64,000 nt of DNA, from contig NC_087436.1 of NCBI RefSeq assembly GCF_036321535.1, positions 59,832,001 through 59,896,000 on the forward strand, written 5' to 3'. The position numbers and the translations under genes are program-made. The notes under the pieces were generated by a model. It searched no databases, was not told the origin of the DNA, and was given only the letters and a program-made list of their open reading frames with translations. Position 1 is the stretch's first letter. Every line of letters starts with the position of its first letter. This DNA comes from Camelus dromedarius. Taxonomy: Eukaryota. Of this stretch, positions 11,863 through 24,200 are shown one piece after another.

Positions 11863-14059
11863 AATGAAGATTATGGATAACAGTATTTGTCTATTTTTCA
11901 GGTAAGTGAATAAAATCTTTCATGATAATTCATTCTTCTTTTTAAACTCAACTCCTCTTACTTACAGAAGCCCATCTAATCAAAGAGAACAAGATAGATA
12001 TATCTATTTTCACATGTATTTGTCATAAATATAATTGGAGTTCTTTTTATTCAATTAATAGCTAGTCCGCTATAAAGAACGCATTTTACTTTAAAAGACA
12101 ATACAGCAAATAATCTATTTAAAACTATAATATTTGAACCAGGAAACATCCATATTTCTGTAAGTAAATTCACACTAAAAGTCAATTCTAATTTTCTGAA
12201 GTTGTCATTTTTATCAAGGTTAAAACGAAATGGTTAAGGAATAACTGTCCTCCATCTTAATGAGTCACTAGATGCAAAAACATTTTTGTTCATCTGTAAA
12301 CATGTGAATACTTTAAGGTTTCTGTTACTCCTAAGCAATTGCCTTAGGTTGTCTAAATTTGTAACATGATCTTTTATAAAGTCAGTGATTAAAAATAGGC
12401 ATTTTTCACTGTAGTTAAATATACCTTTGTCTCTGATTTTTCAAACAAAAACCACAATTTTAGTAAAGATGTGTCTCCAAGCAACACAATTGCAAGGCTT
12501 TCTTCAGGACCGCTTGCTTAAGTGGCTGTCTGCTCTCTCCTTCCCTCCCCCACCAGAAGCACTGAACGCTCTAAGCATGCCTCAGAGATCCTGCAGGGTG
12601 TGTATCTGCTATGTTGCAGCCTGAAATTCTTGTCATATTTAGCCCATCAAATTACACAATGGTATGTGAGTTGTATTACAACTGAGACATTATTGCTGGA
12701 TTCATGAAGAAAATTAAAAGTTAGACATGCATAGCAAAACCATATTAGTGGTTATTTGATTAATTATTGAATATGATTATAACACAAATAACCACAGCAC
12801 TCAGGTACAATGAGGGTGGTACTTATTGTTAATACTGTAGGTTGCAGTTTGTTTTTAACAGGCATATTATGTAAGTACACATACCAGAGGAGGATTCTCT
12901 AGTTTCTCACCTTAATCCCACTTCATTTTCAGTTTGACATCAAATAAGTATCAGAAGATATACCAACGGCAAAGCAGTAGGCAAAATACTCCTGCAACTT
13001 TCCCAGGAAGAGAAATACAGAGGAAAACAACATTGTAGAGGATGGAGTTGGACAGGGAGCCAGAGTACAAATAATTCGGGAAGGCTGAGTTAAGGTAACA
13101 TTAAACATATATAATAAAATACCATGTATATGCAATGATTTTGACAGAAACATCTAAGAAAATATACTGTAATATAAAATAAATAATATCTACAAAGCCC
13201 CTCTTTAACTGCACGTATCTATCCCTCTCCCACCCACTACTTCTACACAGGTAATCTCACCTGGAATATTATGTTTACTATCCCCATACTTTTTAATATA
13301 AATTCTTTAATAATATATTATTTAGCTTTGCAAATATTTTGAAACTCCATATTCTGTATGAATTTATCTGTGAATTGGGTTTTGAGTTCAAAATATTCTT
13401 TTTGGGACATGATGATTCGTGAACTTAAAGCATTCTATTACATGAATATACCCAGAGGGACAGTAATTTGGTACAAACAGTTTGGAAAATCTTTGATATT
13501 ATCTAGCAGAATATGCCCTTACTTAGTAATTCAACTTCTAAAAGAGATTAACACTTTGCCCAAAGTCATATGGATCTAGTGAGAGTTGATATTCATATTT
13601 GAGCAGTCCGTCTTAGCACAGGCTAGTATATTGTGATCACTATAGCAGATTGCCTCTGCAGTATAAAAAATAATTTTAAGTAATATAAACAACACTCTTT
13701 AAAAGAAAAATAATACATCAATATGGATGGCACTCATGTAAGATAAATTTTTGGTCATTATTTTAATTAACCTGATAAAATTTCTAATATCCTTCCAAAA
13801 CTCAGACATATCTTGCTTTAAAACATATTTTAAAAATTCTTTCAGGGCATGTATTATTCATTTTCATATCTTCAAATTCAGAGACTAATGCTTTGTAAAG
13901 AAATAAACCAATAATTTAATAACTGAGAACAAGCTGGGGATACTATTTCTATTCTAGGCTTTAGCTATGTAAATTAACACTTTGAATAGGTTTTTTACAT
14001 ATTGAAATTTCTAAAGCCTAGGTAATATGTTTTTGGAATTAATCAATGGATTGCCAAAT

Positions 14060-14665
14060 CCCTTGACTGTTTATCTTTTCTTTTCTTATCATACTTCTTA
14101 GCATCATTTCTTAAGTTGGCTTTCTTAAAGCAATGTTTTCTCTTGGCTTCTTGATATTACACTCTTAGTGTTCTTTCCTTTTCATTGGTCACATTTTTTC
14201 CTGATTTTCTGATCATTAAATATTGGAGCATCTCGCTCAGGTTTTAGGTACAAACTCACTTTTCCATAGATTTAAATAAAATCCATATAATCATGAATAC
14301 TCAATCTGTATTTCCAGCCCTGATATTTCTGAATTTGTAGCCATATTAATTCAAATTTCCATTTGACATATACACTTGCATGTCTAAATAAACATCTTAA
14401 TCTCAACCTGGCCAAAAGAAAACTCTTGTTTCCTGTATGTCTCACACAGGTTACTCCTCTCCTAGTCTTTCCAGTCCCAGGAAATGGCAATAATGTCTGC
14501 CCATTACTCAAAGGACAGCCCTCAGTTACCCCTTCTTTTTCTCTATCACCACTTGATTCCAATTCACAGCAATGACTGTTGACATTACTTCCAAAACACA
14601 TCACACATCTTTTTTCTGTCTCAACCTCTACTACCATGGTATGTCACCATTATTCCTCAACTGGA
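14060..14665 (+). mobile_element. L2 LINE fragment
   Basis: Pyrimidine-rich L2 motifs tgtctaaataaacatcttaatctcaacctggccaaaa..aactcttg and cacatctt..tctgtctcaacctctactacc. Confidence 0.7.
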
Positions 14666-14675
14666 GAAACCTGTC

Positions 14676-14711
14676 ATATATATAGAGCGAGAGAGAGAAA
14701 GAGAGAGAGAG
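14676..14711. repeat. Compound (AT)n(GA)n microsatellite
   Basis: atatatatagagcgagagagagaaagagagagagag. Confidence 0.85.
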
Positions 14712-15989
14712 GGAATGCACATAGGAAATTCAATTGGCATATATTAGTTCTTCAGTAAAGAAATATCAGGTCAAATGTGCTAGCACAGTTGAATACCCAG
14801 AAAAGCATAAATGGCAATAATACTTCAATTTTTAGTTCCAGCTAGTATAGCCTTTATTTACAAATTTAATATTAAAATATTATTCAGTAAATACAGCACA
14901 TTGTCCTATTAAAAACATTTACCGATATATATCCAAGTGTTTGGCAAATCTCAAATATTTTCTGCCTTGCTTAACACAATCAGTAATAATTAAAAATTAT
15001 TAATTAAAAATAAATAAAAATTCAAGGGTATTTACCTCACACTCTCACTGTGCTAATCTGTTATATACATTTTATTGTTTAATTGTCCAAATAATTCTAA
15101 AAGATAGTTAATAATGTTGCATATGATGAAATAGAGACTCAAATACCTTAACTTGCAGCAACTATTTAGTGGCCGAAGTGAGAATCACACCTAGATCTCA
15201 GTAATTTTAAACACCTGAAATTGTTACCATTCTAATATATGTCCTCCAGTGGGACTTTGTGAGTGAAACGGGGCTAAAGATTGGGCAATACTTTTTTTCT
15301 ACCTTCTCTAATCTCTCCCAGAGGACTGTTGAAAGTTAAGGTTGCTTACATAGTAAAAGAGTCATGGAAATACACTTTCCTCCCTATCTTATGTTTCCAG
15401 ATCAAGTTTTATAGTCTCATTAAAAAGCCAGACCTCCTATGGGCAGAATATTCTTATTCAGAAACCTATCCTTTCTCAGTAAGTCTACAGTTATGCCATT
15501 ATCTAGGCTAGCGGTTTCCTCAGGGAGTATATACTCAATCTTTTTATGTGCTATATTGTTGATCTTTTTAACTTATGTTATTCTAAAATTGAGAAGAAAA
15601 TTAAGCTCTAATAACAATTTGTAAGAACTGATAACAGTGCTCTAACTTAGTCTATAAGTGGTCATAGCTCACATACAGGCCTCCCAAGGGAAGAAGAGAA
15701 ATTCCACATAATGGAAGCATTGACAGTGGTGCTATCAGTTATATGATGACACTTCCTGTGTTGTTATATTAAGTATATAATTTCACAAGCGTTGATAAAA
15801 ATCTAAATTTATGCAAAAACTATACCAATTCAGATGTAAACATCTGAATAATGCATTTTATTATCTTAGAAATTTATTTAGTAGATGTAGAGGTATTCTG
15901 AGAGATGAAAAATAGTGCTGCAGGGTACCTGGTTCAGCCACCCTCTGTTGAAGGTTTTAGGGAAGGTCTCACAGATGCTCTCAACCACA

Positions 15990-16604
15990 TAATTTAAACT
16001 TTAAAAGATTAAAGTGGTTGTCCATCAGCTATTTCAAGCTAGAGAAGGGCTTCTCTTGAAGAGATTTGTGGATGTGGCTTTGCCTAATGGAGTGAATCCC
16101 TAATAAGGTTCACAATAGATCTAAAAAGAATAAAAGAATTTAAGAGAACTCTTTTCATAGAAACACTTCGCAGTTCAGAATTAAAGAAAGACAATACAAA
16201 ATTAAAAGAGGACTTTGGAGAACAATGTTGACAAGCACAAATAAGAATGAGAAAACTTATTCAGCTTCAAACATGTGCTAACTTTATAAGAAAGGAAAGG
16301 ATAATTTGAAGGGTAGAACCAAGAGTAAAGAGGATGTAACTAAAAGCCATGTAGAATTATTCCCGGGCTTTGAGTCCAAATCAAGGAACTACTAACCTAT
16401 GCATTAGTTCCAGGGTCTTCAAATGGAGAACTGTACTTTGGTTGCTACACTAAAGGTGTATCTACAACTGTACATGTTTTGCATAACGAGATTCTGTACT
16501 TTGAGCCAATGAGGTAATAGAATGATACTTTGGGTGGTCTTGGAAGGTGGTAAGTGTCCTTTGGACTGTAAGAAATACATTCCTGGGGGCCAAAGGTGGA
16601 ATAC
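15990..16604 (+). mobile_element. MaLR internal region (MLT1-int) 3' fragment
   Basis: tagagaagggcttctcttgaagagatttgtggatgtggctttgcctaatggagtgaatcc and gaattattcccgggctttgag. Ends in a purine-rich tract before the LTR. Confidence 0.7.
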
Positions 16605-17087
16605 TGTACTTTGGGTAAAAAGGGTCACAATGTTCCTCACCTCGTGGTATCCAGGCTTTCTATAGTGCTCTCCCACCTGAAACAAGGTTGGTCTTTACAA
16701 CCAATAAATTTCACAAAAGTGATGGTATGTTACTCTTGAGACTAGGTTATAAAAGACATCATTCACTTTGTCTTATTCTCTCTCTTGGATTGTATACTCT
16801 GGGGGAAGCCAGGTGCTATGTCACTCAGTGAAGATGTTCACGTGGTGAGGCACTGAGACTCTGACCACCGGTAGTGAAAAACTGAATCCTCCTGGCACAT
16901 TCTGTTAATCCTCAAGCCCAAACTTTCTTGACTGCAATCGTGGCTGACATCTTGAGTGTAACTCTATGAAAGGCCTTCAGCCAGAAGCAGTGTGTAAACT
17001 GCTCTCAAATTCCTAACCACAAAAACTATGAGACAGCAGATGTTTGTTTGAGTCTACTAGATAATTTTCTATGAATCAATACATAAT
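16605..17087 (+). mobile_element. MLT1 (F/G/H-like) 3' LTR adjoining the internal fragment
   Basis: gagactaggttataaaagac...gggggaagccagg...aactgctctcaaattcctaaccacaaaaactatgaga. Confidence 0.7.
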
Positions 17088-17089
17088 TT

Positions 17090-19045
17090 TATTATAACCT
17101 TATATCTTTGTATCCTTCAACCTCGCTAAATTCACTTATTATTCCTATTAGGTTTATTATTACCTTTTTTGCAGATTCCTTAGAGATGTCTATATAAACA
17201 AACATGTATCTGCTGATAGAGATAGTTTTACCTTTTCTTTCCAGTATTTATGCTTTTTATGTTTTATCTGGTTTATTTCTATTTGGGACATCCAGCACAA
17301 TGTTCATTACAAGTGGAGAAAGTGGACTTTTTTGCCTTGCTAATAATATTAGCCAGAAACTTCAGTTTTGCATCATTAAATATGGATCTTAACTGCAGGA
17401 ACAGAAGTTCCTTTCTACTACTAATGTGCTGAGTTTTTCTCTTTTTTAACCATAAATTGATGTTTGATTTTTTTCAAATGTGTTTTATTCACCTATTAAT
17501 ATGACCATACATCTTTTTTCTTTTAATTTATTAGTATAGTGAATTGAACTAATTTTTTTGTTCTTTTTAAAATTGAAGTATAGTCAATTTATAATGTGTT
17601 AGTTTCTGGTGTACAGCATAGTGACTCAATTATATACATATTCCTTTTCATATTTTTTTAAATATAGGTTATTACAAGATATTAAATATAGTTCCCTGAG
17701 CTATACAGTATGACCTTGTGGTTTATCTATTTAATACATAGTAGTTGGTATCTGCAAATCCCAAACTCTCAATTTATCTCTCCCCACGCCCTTCTCCCCC
17801 TGGTAACCATAATGCATTGATTGGTTTTTGAATGTTAAACAAACCTTGTATTCTTGCAATAGGCCCAACTAGGTCATTATATGTTTATATATTGCTGACT
17901 TTTATTTACTAATTTTAAGACTTTTGCATTTATGTATACATATTGGAGGAATTTTTTCTATAATTTCCTTTTTTATGAAGATTTTGACAAATTATTATAA
18001 TAGGCCTATGCTGGCCACATCGAACAAACTAAGAAGCATATTCTGCTCCTTTACTTCCTGAACTATTTTGCATATTAGTCTTAAGTCTTTTTTAAATATT
18101 TGACAGAAAGCACCAGTGAAAGCTCCTGGACTTGGATTTTCTATATTGGGATTTTTTTTTCTTTTTTTCTCTTTCTAATAATAAAATATATTTCTTTAAT
18201 AGAAATTGGAATATTCTGATTTTTAATTTCTTCTTATGTCACCATGGAAAGTTGTACTTACCAAGGGATTTGTGATTTCCATCTATATTGTCATATTTAT
18301 TGCCATACTGCTTTTTATAACATTCCCTTGTTATCCTTTTTATGTCCATAAGATTTGTAGTGATTATTCCTCCCTCAATTCATCGCTGATATTAGTAATT
18401 TGTGTTCTTATTTTCTTCAGTGTTTTTCTTCTACAGTTTTTTTTTTTAACTTTTCAAAGAACCAGTTTGTGCAGTTTCTAAATTTTCTGTTAGTTGTATG
18501 TTTTCATTTTCATTAATTTTCTTCTTTATATTTATTTTTATTACTTCCTTTAGGTTTACTTTGCCCTTTATTTTTCTAGCTTTTTAAGAAGAAAATTAGA
18601 TTATTAATTATTTATTATTTGAATTATAAACTTTTACAGGTATAAATTTCCCTCCAAGCATGGCTTCATCTATAACCACAAATTCTGATTTGTTGTATTA
18701 TTTTTATCATCTCATTTGAAACACTTTAAAATTTCCTTGAGGTTTCTAAATTGATCCATTGGTTATGTAGAAGTTTGTTGTTTAATTTCCAAGTAGTTGA
18801 TGTTTCTTTAGTTCTTCCTAGTTAAACCATTCTTGATTTCTAATTTAATTCCATTGTTCTCAAAAAATGTATTCCATAGATGCCTATCTTTGAAATTTAT
18901 TGAGACATTTTTATGACCCAGCATATACTCCTGTCTTGATGTTTCATATGCACTGCAAAGATTGTACAATTCTGTTATATAAAAGTAAGTTAGTCATTAT
19001 TGAAGAAGTTAATAATGTTCAAATCTTCTGAAATTTTGCTTAATA
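17090..19045 (-). mobile_element. Old L1 (L1M-type) ORF2 remnant, interrupted by a younger L1 end
   Basis: T-rich antisense ORF2 motifs (gcagattccttagag, caccagtgaaagctcctggacttgga, gaaatttattgagac, ttcaaatcttct). No open frame. Confidence 0.8.
17553..17812 (-). mobile_element. Younger L1 3'-UTR end nested in the old L1
   Basis: aattgaagtatagtcaatttataatgtg...ccccctggtaaccataa. Homologous to 6073-6315. Confidence 0.85.
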
Positions 19046-20449
19046 ATAAATATAGTTCCCTGAGCTATACATTATGACCTTGTTGTTTATCTCATTTTCT
19101 TAATTTTGTTCCCCCTTCTTTGGAGATCAGTTGCTATTACAACTTTATAAAAGAAAGTCTTCTTGGTCAGTTACCATATAGTACAAACAAATTTTTTAAT
19201 AAGATAATAACAAAAAGAGAACAGAGAAAACTGAAAGGAAACATTAGAACAGAAACTATTTCTGTAGATAATACACTAAATATTTTCTTTTCTAGATAAT
19301 GGAATTATGAAAAAAATTAACAAAAGAGGAAGAAAAAAATGTACATAGTTCCTCCTTGCTATAGTCACTTTTTTATAAAATCATTAATACTAAAAGGTAA
19401 AGTGACAATAGAATTTCTTTTGGCCCAAATCCAGTATTTATTATTTTTTTTAATAAAGGAGTTGATGCTTGTAGTTGTAATACCAACTGATCTCCAAAGA
19501 AGGGGAACAAAATTAGGAGTATGAGATTCCATACAGATTATTAACACTTGACCCATCTCAGGAATTAAAATCTAAGATGTCAACAGAGCACCATTAGGAA
19601 AAATCTCAAATAAAAGCATTTTCTAGTGTGACACACTAAACCCATTAATTACTTTTTTATCTTAAAAATAAAATAATTGGGATCTTCTGTGGCTAAAATT
19701 TTATCAGACACAAAAGTGGACTACTATACGTCATAAAAATAAGATAACAGAAATAAACAATATTTTTTATATTAAAAAGGTATTATTAATCTAAAATGAG
19801 CAGTTGGAATTAAATTTAGTAATGAAATATGTTGTTGTTTTAAAACTCTTGGAATATTTCAGTTTTCTTTACCAGCACCTATTATGCATATCTTATTACT
19901 AGAACACTTGTCTATGCTAATCATATACTAATAATTGCTTTTCTTGCTGACTGTAAAGAGTAAGACCCCTGGTCCCTGAATGGGCTTAACAAACAGATGT
20001 AATTATTGCTCATTTTACATCAGCTTTAAAAGTCAATTCTCTTCAGTTTCTTCAAATACTCTTTAATGAAGAAAAACAGATGTAAATGTAAAAACAATCT
20101 GAATATATTCTGAATATTGACTCTATAGTGCATATCACTAACTATTTTTAAATTATAAAACTAAGTACCGTTAAAAAGCCCCTTGACACTTTGTCAGTTC
20201 TTCCTACTTCTCTTTTACTTGTATTGGACAATTTTATAAAATTAAAATCCAGACCAAAGAGAGAGGTAGAAAACTGAATAGCTGAATGTTACGGACTTTG
20301 AGATTAATACATTTTAATTTAACAGCTGTTATTAAGTTGCCTTGTTCAAAGAGGTTCAGACTGCATGTCAAGCAAAAGATTGGGGAGATTTGGCAAGTGC
20401 AGAAAAAAATGCTAATGCTGTCAATATAGAAACCATATAGTCAGGTGTA

Positions 20450-20848
20450 TAGTGGTGTACTGTTAAATATTTAACAGCTCACCAAAAATTAAAAGCCCTA
20501 CCTTGTATCGTTTGCCAATTTCTGTGGCATAATACTCCCATGTGGCTGATTTCAAGCTACCAAAATGCCAAAAATGAATCTACAATTGGATAGCTGTTAC
20601 ATAGTATTTCCAAGATATACATCCAATAGATGTAAATAAGCTCACAAGTGTGGCTAATAGTAAAATATAGTAAAATAAATTGGAAATGTAAAGTATTGAG
20701 TATTGACTATCCTTTTAAAAATGTAATTTGGGACATTTAAAATATATATAATTTAAGTTTTTTATGCCTGTGTTTAACTGCCAGATCATCAAATTCCTGA
20801 AATTCTAACAGTGGTCAAGTATACGCACACAACTCCTACACACCACTG
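20450..20848 (+). mobile_element. MER63-like (hAT-Blackjack) DNA transposon
   Basis: Terminal inverted repeats agtggtgt...acaccact, with internal tttgccaatttctgtggc and gctgatttcaagctaccaa. Confidence 0.75.
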
Positions 20849-21754
20849 CATAGATTCTAGACACAGAGATTACCCCAGCGACATAAGCTGGTAAGGGATG
20901 CAGAGATCTCTGCCAATTTTCAACTTAACAACTGATCAGAACACATGACTGGATGCCCTCAGCAGTTATGACAATCATTTCTCTTAAATGCTCTTCTCTC
21001 TGCCTGATTCTATTCTGGCCTCTAGTGGTAGCTGCTAATGTCATTACTATCATCAGTGTTACAATGATCATCATTGTAAGGGAGCCATAATACTAATCAT
21101 ACTTAATAGTTATATTTTTCTGTTCTCACATTATTTACTAATATCTCTTATCAATAACAAGAAATCAATTAAATGATAACGGCATATAATAAAAAGTCAC
21201 TGAACTGGGAGTCAGGAATCTCAGGCTGTTGTCCTGAATTCACACCCACTCGAGGAAAATCATTTAAAATTTCTGTCCCCTCACTTTGTATCTTTGAGAT
21301 AATACTGTATACACTTTTTATAGAAATCCTTCAAAGAAAATAACTTGTAACTACAAAAAAAAAATATATATATATATATATAACACACTTGAATCCTAAA
21401 GAATGGCTGATTCCTGGACATAAAGATGAAAGACTCCACTGTACATTTTCCTGACTTGCTCATCATCTAACAGCACAAGCTGCAAGAGGGCAGCTGTATT
21501 TAATGGGCAAAATCAGTCAAACATTCAGATAAAGTTTTACTAGATTAATTGTTATTGGGACAAAAATGAGTAAATAAACTACTTTTATGGTATCACACAG
21601 AAGCTCAGTATCATTAAGGTGAAGTCCATTTAATAGGTCTCTCAATAGCTTTATAGTAACATATAAACATACGTAATAGCTGCTGCCCATTTCTCTTTAC
21701 CTGACTTTTCCCAGGCTTGGTATCATTTTTTTTTCTTTTTAGATTCCTCTGCAG

Positions 21755-21915
21755 AATCTTAGAATTTTTGAGCTGAAGAGTACCTTATAAACTGGAGCTA
21801 CAAACTCTTCATTTGACGTATGAGAAAAACTAAGCTCCATGAGGATGCGTGAGCCCTGCCCCAAGTTATACAATTACTGACATAAGTTGGGACTAACTAG
21901 GTCTACAGACTTCCC
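21755..21915 (-). mobile_element. MIR fragment just downstream of the exon donor
   Basis: tcatttgacgtatgagaaaaactaagctc...tgccccaagttatac. Confidence 0.55.
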
Positions 21916-21960
21916 TTTCTACCAGCACTGAAAGACATTAATCTTAGAGAAAACCATTAC

Positions 21961-22168
21961 CTCTTGAAGAACTCTCTTCATCTTTAATAATAAGGTCTTG
22001 ACGGCTGTGCAGTCCTGTAACATCAGTCTGAATGGCAGAGAATCTAAGCCTCCATTTTCCTCCACACCTTGCAGGGGCCAATCTGCAGATGGACTGCTGG
22101 GCATTCGGCTCACATGGGAAAACCTGGCTTCCTGATCACTGTCTTTTGTTAATTTCAGGGACAGGTTC
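21961..22168 (-). CDS. CCSER1: Internal coding exon (208 bp) of CCSER1/FAM190A, coiled-coil serine-rich protein 1; probably the orthologue of human exon 6
   Basis: The minus strand has a pyrimidine-rich acceptor (ttcattttttgtcttgttAG|G, AG at 22170-22169) and a donor (CAAGAG|GTAATG, GT at 21960-21959). One base plus 69 codons encode NLSLKLTKDSDQEARFSHVSRMPSSPSADWPLQGVEENGGLDSLPFRLMLQDCTAVKTLLLKMKRVLQE, which matches the CCSER1 peptide as I remember it. The exon number is also from memory. Confidence 0.93.
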
Positions 22169-23714
22169 CTAACAAGACAAAAAATGAACAAAAATTACTA
22201 TACAGCATATTTCAGAGCAGTATTTTCCAAGCTGTTGATCAATGTCAGTAGTGAGCTAGAAAGATTTAAGATTTTCTTTATGACTCTCATTATCTCCTCA
22301 TATTAATCTTTGAAAATTCTGAAACCTTTGTCGAAATTATGGAATGGGTCAATTGTATACGTAGTGGTAAGATTCAATGACAATCACTGCTACAGAATTT
22401 TTTTCGCCAACTAGAACTTCTATTAAATATGGTAACAATGTTTACACTTTATTACACATGATAAGTGTTTACATTTTTAACTTTTAAAAATGCTGAAAGT
22501 CAAAAGAAATCACTGAAAGAAATTTTATATAGAGATTTTACAAAAATATGCTTAAAAATTAACTGGGAAGAAAAAATTATGAAACCAAAACTTGAGATAA
22601 AATAATTTTTGTTATTTTAATTTACCTAATCAAACAATGACCATTTCCGGATTGACTAGTATGCACAGGATTTTATGTGAAAATAGTGAAATAAATGTGA
22701 AATGCAGAACTCCATATGTAATTAGCATGCTTATCAAATAATCATTAAAATTTTAGCATAGTAATGTATGAAAAAACATATTTATTTTGTTCTACTTGAT
22801 AATGAACAATTATTATCATTATTATTATTTTCTTTATTAAAATTGCTAACTTTGGTTATTTTGGTGGTGTTTCCAGGCTGTAAAATACATAAAAGATTCA
22901 TTTCTTATTTCATCTACAAATGCTTTTGGTATAAGTGGTGACTCACAGTTTGGAACTATAGGCCAAAATTAACAGTTCAAGAATATCTGTTATTTTTATA
23001 GATTTTTCTCTTTCTTTTAACCTAACATATGACATTTATAGTAATAGGGGCCTCAGGGAATATCATTTGTTCAGTCATAAGTATTGTTTTTCAACAATTA
23101 TTTTTAAATAATGCATTTTAAAAACAATTTAACATGCTTAGATTGAATGTATATATACAGAAAAGATATTAAGATTAATAATTTTCCAAACACATCTATC
23201 AGGCAGATCTAAAAAAAGTATGAAAAGAGGAGCTTAAGAAAATAATCATTTTTCATGTGTTTGTCTAAATTTGTTTCCATTTGTTAAAACCAAGGGGCCT
23301 ACACAATAATGACAATTAACATTATAACATAGCTCAGGATATTTATGAAATAATAGTTTAGGATTTACGCTCAATTTCTATAGGTTCTATGTATATTATT
23401 TACTGAATTATATGACAAGGTCACTTGGCAACCTAAATTGAGAAAAAACAGAGTTGCCTTGGAGCCAGCCACCAACGTCAGGCAATGATGCGAATAAAAA
23501 AATATATATATCTTCAGTTAATTTTATCCATCTGATTATTCACTAATACTATAATTTAATTTATAAAGTATTGGATAATTAGTAAAGAAAACACATTTTT
23601 TGCATCACACCATTGTTCACTTGTCTTCACATTGATTACCATTGTCTTTTGAAGTGATAAGATAGTAAATACTATCCCCACCTTACATTTATAATTAAAT
23701 AATAGATAAACAGC

Positions 23715-24200
23715 CATAGCTAACATCTTTTGAGGACTGACTATGGGGCAAGTACTGTGCTAACCATTTCATGTGTGCTAATTCATTCAAACATTGAACA
23801 AGACTAATAGGTAGATATAATGAGTATCTTAATTTTATATACCAGGAAAGAGACCCAGACAGGTAACTTTTCTAAGTTAAATAGCTATTAAGAAGTAGAC
23901 CTAAGAGGATTCAACCTAAGTACATAAGCAAGATAAGACTTTTTCCCCTACTAACCATATTGTGTGCAAATATATAATAATTAATATATCTCAGGTAGTC
24001 CTGTAAGGCCTTTACATATGCTAAGCCATTTAATACTCATAACAACTCTTTGAGGTATTATAATCTCCACTTCACAGCTGAGGGATTTGAGTCTCAAAGA
24101 GGTTAAGTTACATGCTGATGGGGAAAGAGCAAACAAGGGACAGAGCTGAGATTTGAATGCAGGCAGTGCACTCAAGCTCTAAATCACTACAAGATGCTGC
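23715..24200 (-). mobile_element. Two tandem MIR SINEs
   Basis: Two successive copies of MIR motifs, e.g. cacttcacagctgagggatttgagtctcaaagaggttaagt and cagagctgagatttgaatgcaggcagt. Confidence 0.7.

Larger units (their letters stand above)
1..21960 (-). other. CCSER1: Intron of CCSER1 downstream of the exon (continues past the window start)
   Basis: Begins with the GT donor at 21960. No further CCSER1-like peptide was seen, and the sequence is repeat-rich. Confidence 0.8.

Noticed and set aside
14272..14637. 121-aa minus-strand ORF
   Set aside because: Antisense reading of an L2 fragment.
21919..22191. The 90-aa ORF as a standalone gene
   Set aside because: Its ends (MFIFCLV and VMVFSKINVFQCW) are translated intron beyond the AG and GT splice sites.
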